NCBI GenBank assembly: GCA_964589775.1
Contig: CAZPUN010000013.1
Span: 30,001-62,000, forward strand
Origin: an uncultured archaeon
Lineage (GTDB): Archaea > Asgardarchaeota > Thorarchaeia > Thorarchaeales > CAZPUN01
Length of the DNA stretch: 32,000 bases
Reading direction: 5' to 3'
Below, piece after piece: positions 1 through 6,823 of this stretch (within the stretch, counting starts at the first letter, position 1; each line of letters begins with the position of its first letter). The position numbers and the translations under genes were made by a program. The notes beneath the pieces are model-generated. The model did not search any database. It was not told the DNA's origin and was given only the letters and a program-made list of their open reading frames with translations.

Positions 1-614
1 ACACGAGGATCTAAAAGTTCCTTGAATTTAAGGTCATTGGAAATTCCAATTATAGATACACGAGCCTTATTTAGCGTTGTATTTAATCGCGTAAGATTAT
101 AAAGTACATCATTACCAGTGGTATTATTCTTTTTAACAATCTGATCAACTTCATCTAAAACCACAATAAGTAATTGCTCCTTCTCATCAAGCTTTGAAGT
201 GAAAATATTATAAACTTCATCAGTGGGAAGGCCAGTAAACGGAACTTCGGTACCTACGGCTTCACAAAGACGAGCAAGAACTCTATAACTTGTACCAACT
301 AATCGACAATTAATATATGCAACAAGAGGAGTCTCAAGATCAGGGATTTCTTTAGCTTTATTCACTAAATGATTGAGAACATACTTAGATACAGCAGTTT
401 TTCCAGTACCGGTTTTGCCATACAGAAGAATATTACTGGGAGTAGCGCCTTGTAATGCAGGGCCTAAGATCATAGCTAGTTTTTCCATTTGCTCTTCACG
501 ATAGGGCAATTCATCAGGAATATATGATGGCCTTAATACATTACGATCCTTAAATATGCCACTACCTTTTACAAAGCGGTCAAACAGTTTGTCCAATGGT
601 TTATCTTGAATCAT
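1..614 (-). CDS. cdc6: Orc1/Cdc6 replication initiator (5' part; runs off the window)
   Basis: Manual translation of the minus strand from ATG 614: MIQDKPLDKLFDRFVKGSGIFKDRNVLRPSYIPDELPYRE..., Walker A LLYGKTGTGKT, YINC, Walker B IVVLDEVD, VSIIGISN, LDPRV. TGAGG SD upstream. Absent from the ORF track because it is truncated. Confidence 0.96.
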   Translation of the reverse strand, partial: MIQDKPLDKLFDRFVKGSGIFKDRNVLRPSYIPDELPYREEQMEKLAMILGPALQGATPSNILLYGKTGTGKTAVSKYVLNHLVNKAKEIPDLETPLVAYINCRLVGTSYRVLARLCEAVGTEVPFTGLPTDEVYNIFTSKLDEKEQLLIVVLDEVDQIVKKNNTTGNDVLYNLTRLNTTLNKARVSIIGISNDLKFKELLDPR

Positions 615-794
615 ATCGAAATGCCTCATTCAATTTAAGATTATTAAGCATCTTAATTATTTGAAAAATAATTACTAAGCCTTAGTATTACGCGTGTTGC
701 ACACTTATTTACAATTTGTGAATACTTGTGAATAAAAAATATAAAAAAAGGATTATGAATGCTTTATTTTGAATACAAAGGATTAATAATTAAA

Positions 795-808
795 TTCACA
801 TATGTGAA
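795..808. promoter_or_regulatory. Perfect 14-bp palindrome TTCACATATGTGAA next to ORB1
   Basis: Seen directly; 8 bp from the G-string of ORB1; shares the ACATATGT core with the palindromes at 1947 and 2167. Confidence 0.65.
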
Positions 809-816
809 ACATCAAA

Positions 817-838
817 CCCCTTGATTTCCACTGGAAAA
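817..838 (-). promoter_or_regulatory. Origin recognition box ORB1
   Basis: Minus strand reads TTTTCCAGTGGAAATCAAGGGG, matching the archaeal ORB consensus (TTCCAGTGGAAA plus G-string); about 200 bp upstream of cdc6. Confidence 0.92.
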
Positions 839-1126
839 TAAAAATAAGAATGCATAACGGATAATTTCTAAGAGATAAGAATTGTGAATAGATAAAATGT
901 TGTGAATTTTGTATAAAACTAAATATTTCTAAGAAAGAACTTAATAAAATATATTTTTAAAAAATAAAGTGTTATAAATGGATATTTATAAAAAATAGGA
1001 GTAATATTCCATTAGACAATATTACAAAAATATTTATCAAATATCACAATATATATAATTCACAGATAATCATTTAAATATGTGAATAACAAGATTAACA
1101 TGGTATTTTGTGAATTGGTGAATAAG

Positions 1127-1582
1127 ATGCCGGGCAAAAAATTAAAGATAGAATATGAGGATCCTGAAACAGATGACAAAGTCGTTATTGTAATAGAGGG
1201 ATCCTTAAAAAGTGCCCGGAAAATCTTAGATTCAATTATCTCACAACAAAATGAAGCTGAAGAAAGGCCTGAATCAGTAAATGATGTAGATATTGAATCA
1301 ATGACAACAAAAGATAAACTAACATACATTATTGTATCAACTTTGAAAAATGGTTGGTTCACATCACAAGATGTAAGTGATTTCTATAAAGATACGTTTA
1401 AAACAGAAATTTCAATGAGCACAATTTCGACCTATTTAAATAGGTTATGGCAAAAAGGTAGCGGAATTTTAGATAGATCCGGAAATAGAACAGGATATAA
1501 ATATAGATTACGTACAGAATTAAAAAAGGTGCAAAAATTAATCAAGAAATATGAATCAATAGAGATCCAAGTAGAACATTAA
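1127..1582 (+). CDS. Uncharacterised protein with C-terminal winged helix-turn-helix domain
   Basis: WFTSQDVSDFYKDTFKTEISMSTISTYLNRLWQKGSGILDRSGNRTGYKYRL has wHTH helix-helix-wing pattern. ATG 1127 with GGTGA SD preferred over the track start at 1082. Confidence 0.8.
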   Translation: MPGKKLKIEYEDPETDDKVVIVIEGSLKSARKILDSIISQQNEAEERPESVNDVDIESMTTKDKLTYIIVSTLKNGWFTSQDVSDFYKDTFKTEISMSTISTYLNRLWQKGSGILDRSGNRTGYKYRLRTELKKVQKLIKKYESIEIQVEH

Positions 1583-1624
1583 GTAATACAAACAATTTTC
1601 AAATTAAATTCCAATACAAAATAC

Positions 1625-1918
1625 ATGTTACTTTATGTATACGATGTTGACCAAAAAAGCCCAACATATACTAATGCAAGACGAATTTCCTTTTTCAAAA
1701 AGATATATGGATATAAGTACAAATGGAAAGGGAAATATGGAAATAAAGTGAGATTAAAAGAAGGCCTCATACATCTATCTGAAGATATAGAACGTGTTGC
1801 AGATAGCGTCTTAATGGTTCCAGATCATTTGAAGGAAGTATTCGATAATGTTTTTTTGGAATATCAGGACATGATTAAATTCAGGGTATTTAGAATTATC
1901 GATGAAAGAAATTATTAA
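1625..1918 (+). CDS. Small Cas2/VapD-like (ferredoxin-fold) protein, not CRISPR-associated here
   Basis: 97 aa; N-terminal hydrophobic strand ending YD (MLLYVYDV), then a basic helix (RRISFFKKIYGY) and an RVADSVLMV motif resembling the Cas2 R-x-Q-x-S-V strand. Confidence 0.55.
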   Translation: MLLYVYDVDQKSPTYTNARRISFFKKIYGYKYKWKGKYGNKVRLKEGLIHLSEDIERVADSVLMVPDHLKEVFDNVFLEYQDMIKFRVFRIIDERNY

Positions 1919-1946
1919 AAATAATAATTTAAATAAAATTAATAAG

Positions 1947-1964
1947 TTAGAACATATGTTCTAA
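1947..1964. promoter_or_regulatory. Perfect 18-bp palindrome TTAGAACATATGTTCTAA
   Basis: Seen directly; 1949-1967 is identical to 2167-2185 (19 bp). Confidence 0.75.
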
Positions 1965-1982
1965 AATAAATTGACCTTCACA

Positions 1983-2003
1983 CCCCATGATTTCGTATGG
2001 AAG
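1983..2003 (-). promoter_or_regulatory. Degenerate origin recognition box ORB2
   Basis: Minus strand reads CTTCCATACGAAATCATGGGG; same spacing from TTCCA to GAAATCA to GGGG as ORB1 and ORB3. Confidence 0.75.
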
Positions 2004-2135
2004 AAAAATATGATTTATTTAAAAGTTTATTTAAATAATCAAAAAATATGATATACCCCATTAGTATATAATTTTTTTATATTTAAACATTTGTATTATA
2101 TTGTAACAAATTTTATCCTATATGATCATTTTATA
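2004..2135. other. Putative duplex-unwinding element of oriC
   Basis: About 130 bp of very AT-rich non-coding DNA bracketed by oppositely oriented ORB2 and ORB3. Confidence 0.7.
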
Positions 2136-2156
2136 GTTCCAATGGAAATCAAGGGG
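2136..2156 (+). promoter_or_regulatory. Origin recognition box ORB3
   Basis: GTTCCAATGGAAATCAAGGGG; one mismatch to the ORB1 core, opposite orientation. Confidence 0.9.
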
Positions 2157-2166
2157 AAGTAGTCTA

Positions 2167-2180
2167 AGAACATATGTTCT
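2167..2180. promoter_or_regulatory. Perfect 14-bp palindrome AGAACATATGTTCT
   Basis: 10 bp from the ORB3 G-string; second copy of the 1949 element. Confidence 0.75.
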
Positions 2181-2245
2181 AAAATGACTCAAATAAAAAC
2201 TGTAATAAATGAAAATTATTAATCTTGACACATATTTGAAGGACG

Positions 2246-4135
2246 GTGATTAATAAATTGGCGAAGCCGAAAAACATTCTGAAAGGTTCCCAAGGTGATA
2301 AATTACTTTTGTTAGGAAATGAGGCCATAGCAAGAGGTGTATTAGAAGCGGGAGTTGGTGTTGCTACTACTTACCCTGGAACTCCTTCTTCTGAAATTGC
2401 GGATACTTTAAGTGGTATGGCCTCTGAAGCTGGTTATTATTTTGAATATTCTGCAAATGAAAAAGTAGCGGTTGAGGTTGCAGGTAGTGCTGCCGTAGCA
2501 AAAATAAGATCTTTTGTCTCCATGAAGCATGTGGGATTAAATGTTGCTGCAGATCCATTCATGACTTTGGCATATGTTGGTGTTCGTGCGGGTATGATTA
2601 TTCTAAGTGCTGATGACCCTTCAATGTGGAGTAGTCAAAATGAGCAAGACAATCGATATTATTCGTTGCTTTCTGGCATGCCTATGGTAGAAGCTGCAAA
2701 TCCACAAGAGGCCAAAGATTTTATCTTGGATGCATATGATTTTTCTGAGAAAATAGAAATGCCGATTCTATTTAGAACTACAACACGTTTGAATCATACT
2801 CGTGCACCTGTAACCTTAGGTCCCCGAAGGCCTATTGAAACAATTGGTGACTTTATTAAAGAGCCAGGTCGATTCGTACCGGTTCCCTCTGTGGCTCGCA
2901 AGCGACATCTTGTTGTTCTTGAAAATCTTAAAAAAGCTGAAGAATTATCTTACAAGACCAATTTTAATAAAACATTTGGTGAAGGCTCAATTGGTATTAT
3001 CACATCTGGTGTTGGTTTTAACTATACTATGGAAGCAATAAAATTGTTAGATCTTGATGCAGAAGTTCTTAAATTAGGAATGACAAATCCCCTTCCAAAA
3101 GATTTGATTTCCGATTTTCTAAAGCGTCACAAAAAGATCTTTATTGTTGAGGAATTAGAACCTTATTTAGAACTCAACGTAAGATCATTAGCAAAGGATG
3201 TTGCACCAACTGTAGAAATTTTTGGAAAATATACCGGTCATATTCCTAGGTATTATGAATTAAATACTCGAAAAGTTTTGGAAGGCCTATCATCTGCATT
3301 TCATTTGGAAATACCATTTAATTTCAAAAAGGTTGATGAATTATATAGTTCTATTTCATCTGAATTACCTCCGCGACCTCCTGTCTTGTGTGCCGGATGT
3401 CCTCATCGTGCAACATTTTATGAAATAAAAAAGGCAACTTTCAATAAAGGAATTTATCCAAGTGATATTGGCTGTTATACCTTAGCTATTCAAGATCCAC
3501 TTCACATGGCTGATATTTTGTTCTGTATGGGTAGCTCTGTTAGTACAGCCGCAGGTCTTTCAAAAGTTACTGATAAGACTGTTGTTGCAGCCATTGGTGA
3601 CTCTACATTCTTCCATACTGGTATTCCTGCTTTAGTAAGCGCTGTTTACAACAAACATCATTTCACATTAGCTATTCTTGATAATCGTACAACAGCAATG
3701 ACTGGACATCAGCCTCATCCTGGTATTGGTATTACCGGAATGCATGAGCAAGGCGAAAAAATTGACATTGAATCCGTAGTTAAGGGAATTGGCGTTAAGA
3801 ATGTTGTAAAAATAAATCCATTCAAGGTTCGTGAATCTATTAATGCAATTCGAGCTGCAACTAGAACCGAAGGTGTATCTGTGGTTATTTCAGAAGCTCC
3901 TTGTGCATTAGTTGATGTGGCTGAAAAACGAAAGAAGGGCGAAAAAATAACACCATATGTCGTAGTACCTGAATTATGTATCGGTTGTAAGATCTGTATT
4001 GATCAACTCGGTTGTCCAGCTATTTATTGGAATGAATCTACTGTCAAAGCAGAAGTAGACATAACTCAATGTACTGGATGCAGTGTTTGTGCTCAAATAT
4101 GTCCTAAAGATGCTTTCAAACTAAAGGAGGATTAA
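2246..4135 (+). CDS. iorA: Indolepyruvate:ferredoxin oxidoreductase alpha subunit
   Basis: GNEAIARG, YPGTPSSEI, MKHVGLNVAAD, SSQNEQD, CAGCPHR, TPP motif GDSTFFHTG...DNRTTAMTG, two C-terminal 4Fe-4S motifs. Confidence 0.96.
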   Translation: MINKLAKPKNILKGSQGDKLLLLGNEAIARGVLEAGVGVATTYPGTPSSEIADTLSGMASEAGYYFEYSANEKVAVEVAGSAAVAKIRSFVSMKHVGLNVAADPFMTLAYVGVRAGMIILSADDPSMWSSQNEQDNRYYSLLSGMPMVEAANPQEAKDFILDAYDFSEKIEMPILFRTTTRLNHTRAPVTLGPRRPIETIGDFIKEPGRFVPVPSVARKRHLVVLENLKKAEELSYKTNFNKTFGEGSIGIITSGVGFNYTMEAIKLLDLDAEVLKLGMTNPLPKDLISDFLKRHKKIFIVEELEPYLELNVRSLAKDVAPTVEIFGKYTGHIPRYYELNTRKVLEGLSSAFHLEIPFNFKKVDELYSSISSELPPRPPVLCAGCPHRATFYEIKKATFNKGIYPSDIGCYTLAIQDPLHMADILFCMGSSVSTAAGLSKVTDKTVVAAIGDSTFFHTGIPALVSAVYNKHHFTLAILDNRTTAMTGHQPHPGIGITGMHEQGEKIDIESVVKGIGVKNVVKINPFKVRESINAIRAATRTEGVSVVISEAPCALVDVAEKRKKGEKITPYVVVPELCIGCKICIDQLGCPAIYWNESTVKAEVDITQCTGCSVCAQICPKDAFKLKED

Positions 4136-4137
4136 AA

Positions 4138-4728
4138 TTGGAAAAGTATGAAATTTCTCTAGTTGGTGTTGGTGGTCAAGGTATTTTAACCGCAGCAGAA
4201 CTTTTAGCAAAGTGTGCTATGCTAGATGGTCATAATGTTAGAGTCGGGGAAATTCATGGTATGGCACAACGTGGCGGAATTGTTCAAAGTTCTGTTAGAA
4301 TCGGAAAAGATGTTTATGGCCCTATAATTTCTGAAGGTATGGCTGACCTTATTATTGGTTTTGAACCTGTTGAGGCAATGAGGGGTCTTTCTTTTGCATC
4401 CGAAAAAACAATTGTTCTTCTTAATGAACATATTGTTTATCCTACTGTTGTATCTATGGGTAAAGCAAAATATCCTGATATGGACTACATAAAATCTTCC
4501 ATCAAAAAGTTCACTTCAAAACTTTATTCATTTAATGCTATGGATCTTGCATTGGAAGCTGGAGCTGCCATTACTATGAATTTAGTCTTACTGGGCGCGG
4601 CATTTAAAATCGGCAATATTGGCTTAAATAAAGAATCTATGGAATCAATTATCACTTCGACGTTTCCAGAGCGTTTCAAGAAAACCAACCTAAAAGCATT
4701 CAATCTTGGCTATGATTATTTCAAATAA
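4138..4728 (+). CDS. iorB: Indolepyruvate:ferredoxin oxidoreductase beta subunit
   Basis: GVGGQG, EIHGMAQRGG, NLKAFNLG; directly follows iorA. Confidence 0.95.
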   Translation: MEKYEISLVGVGGQGILTAAELLAKCAMLDGHNVRVGEIHGMAQRGGIVQSSVRIGKDVYGPIISEGMADLIIGFEPVEAMRGLSFASEKTIVLLNEHIVYPTVVSMGKAKYPDMDYIKSSIKKFTSKLYSFNAMDLALEAGAAITMNLVLLGAAFKIGNIGLNKESMESIITSTFPERFKKTNLKAFNLGYDYFK

Positions 4729-4775
4729 AATTATTAAAAAAATTAGGAATAATAAATATAATATTCCTATTATTT

Positions 4776-6167
4776 TTATTTTCTTTTTGCATATTGGTAC
4801 ATTAAACCTAATACTTTTGCTGCAGTTTGTGGATCATTATATGTTGGTATTCTATGCTGTTCCAAAAATTCTGTTCCTGGTTTTGCAATTTCTCCTGCCA
4901 TCCATACCGCGATAACTGGCTTTTCTGTCTTTGAATCTTTTATCGCTTCATAAACACCTTCTGCATGTTCTGTTCTTGTCATTCCCATGAATGTTGGTAC
5001 TACGCAACATACAATTACTGCATCTACATTTTTATCTTCAAGTGCAATCTTTGTAGCATTATAATAGTCTTTCTTATTTCCACTTGCAATTACATCAATT
5101 GGATTTGATTTTGACGCAATCGGTATTAATGTCTCATCTAATTTCTTTCTTGATTCTTGCGTAAATGTAGCTAGTGTTAAACCATACTTTGATAGTTCAT
5201 CAGTTGTAAGAACTCCTGCTCCCCCTGCATTCGTTATAATTGCAACTTTATTACCTTTCGGGAGATTCTGAAAAGCAAATCCTAACGAGACATTAAATAG
5301 GTCATACAAATTATCTACTTCAATTGCTCCGACTTGTTTTATTACAGCTTCAAAAATCTTATGTGATCCTGCTAATGATCCTGTATGTGATGAAACTGCT
5401 TTTGCACCCTCTGGTGATTTTCCTGCTTTTAAAATTACTAATGGTTTTTTCTCAGATGCATATTTTGCAGCATCCATAAACTCTCTTCCATCTTTTACTC
5501 CTTCTACATATAATGCAATTACTTTTGTATGTTTGTCCTCTGAAATGATTTTTAATAATTCTGAAAATCCTATATCTGTGGAATTTCCAATACTTGCAAA
5601 TTTGCTTAGACCAATACCCCGTTCTCTTAACCAGTATACTGAAGCTGCACCAAGAGCTCCGCTTTGTGAAATGAATGAAATATCTCCTTTATCTGGATCC
5701 ATAATAAATGTACCATTAAAATTAATTGTCTTATTTATAATTCCAACACAATTTGGCCCTATGAATCTTATATTATATTTTTTCGCAATTTCTTTCAATG
5801 AATTTTCTAATTTTTCTCCCTCTTCTCCAATTTCACTAAATCCTCCTGATAAGACTACAGCATGATGTATGTTTTTCTTATGTAGATCCTCAAATAGATC
5901 TGGAATATATTTTGCAGGAATTATTATTATTGCTAAATCAATATCGTCTGGTATATCTAAAACTGATTTGTAAGCTTTTACACCTAATATTTCATCATCT
6001 GACCTTGATATAGGATATATTGTTATTTCTGCCTTTTGTAAATTCTTCATTATCGTGTATCCAAACTTTTCAGGATTGTTTGATGCACCCACTAACGCTA
6101 CTTTTTTGGGATAAAAGAATTTTTCTAATAAATTTATTAAATTTGTTTTATTTAACAAATTTATCAA
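4776..6167 (-). CDS. acdA: Acetate/acyl-CoA ligase (ADP-forming) alpha subunit
   Basis: CoA-binding VGAS, GPNCVG, SQSGALG, phospho-His motif SHTGSLAG, TNAGGAG, SNPIDV. Confidence 0.92.
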   Translation of the reverse strand: MINLLNKTNLINLLEKFFYPKKVALVGASNNPEKFGYTIMKNLQKAEITIYPISRSDDEILGVKAYKSVLDIPDDIDLAIIIIPAKYIPDLFEDLHKKNIHHAVVLSGGFSEIGEEGEKLENSLKEIAKKYNIRFIGPNCVGIINKTINFNGTFIMDPDKGDISFISQSGALGAASVYWLRERGIGLSKFASIGNSTDIGFSELLKIISEDKHTKVIALYVEGVKDGREFMDAAKYASEKKPLVILKAGKSPEGAKAVSSHTGSLAGSHKIFEAVIKQVGAIEVDNLYDLFNVSLGFAFQNLPKGNKVAIITNAGGAGVLTTDELSKYGLTLATFTQESRKKLDETLIPIASKSNPIDVIASGNKKDYYNATKIALEDKNVDAVIVCCVVPTFMGMTRTEHAEGVYEAIKDSKTEKPVIAVWMAGEIAKPGTEFLEQHRIPTYNDPQTAAKVLGLMYQYAKRK

Positions 6168-6260
6168 CCTCGCGTCCTTTATTTATGTTGATAGAAGTAA
6201 ACTTTATTAAAAAGTCTATCCGTATACGATTTTGTATCCATAAAAAGAGGCGCGCCAATA

Positions 6261-6773
6261 ATGAATACAAAAGAACTTATGAAACATTATTCCGAAATAA
6301 AAAGAACTTTAAACGACCCTATTGTTAAAATATTGCTTGAAAACTCTCATTTAACTTTGAAAATGCTTGAAACCCTTTTGATTGATATTCTTCTTGAGGA
6401 CAAATATGACGAAAAAATTCCATATGATGTCAAAGCAAGAATACGTCAGATCGTTGGGGATAGTAACCGAAAAGGTGTATCGCGGGGAGCTTTTAATAGA
6501 ACTTTACGTCAAGCGCGATTAAATATCATTAAGTCTATGTATACACTTTTACTTATTGGTTATCTTGGATTATTGGATGGTCCTATTTTCCAGCCTTATA
6601 TCTCTCTGTCTCAAAATATTCGAAATTTCATTGAAACACAAGATGAAGTTTGGTCTAGATATCTTGAGGGTAAAGCTACTGAAGAAGATCTTGTAATTAT
6701 CCAGACTTTGCAACAAAATATTGTTGGATTACTCCAGAATCTATCTCATCCTCTTTCACTCTCAAATAAATAA
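6261..6773 (+). CDS. Uncharacterised archaeal protein with Tfx/sigma-region-4-like HTH
   Basis: VSRGAFNRTLRQARLNIIKS resembles a recognition helix of Tfx-type HTH proteins; transcribed divergently from acdA. Confidence 0.55.
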   Translation: MNTKELMKHYSEIKRTLNDPIVKILLENSHLTLKMLETLLIDILLEDKYDEKIPYDVKARIRQIVGDSNRKGVSRGAFNRTLRQARLNIIKSMYTLLLIGYLGLLDGPIFQPYISLSQNIRNFIETQDEVWSRYLEGKATEEDLVIIQTLQQNIVGLLQNLSHPLSLSNK

Positions 6774-6823
6774 TATTTTTTATAATATTATTATTCTTAT
6801 TTTTTCTATTAAATTTATTATGC

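Larger units (their letters stand above)
717..1115. repeat. Cluster of eight TGTGAAT heptamers between cdc6 and the wHTH gene
   Basis: Forward copies at 717, 727, 883, 901, 1081 and 1109; reverse copies (ATTCACA) at 794 and 1058. Confidence 0.8.

Noticed and set aside
1005-1624. Extra mini-ORBs (TTCCATTAGAC near 1007, TTCCAATACAAA near 1609)
   Set aside because: Only the TTCCA half matches and there is no G-string; expected by chance in AT-rich DNA.
1583-2245. CRISPR array near the Cas2-like gene
   Set aside because: No regularly spaced 24-47 bp repeats; the 19-bp repeat occurs only twice, 218 bp apart, and no cas1 is present.
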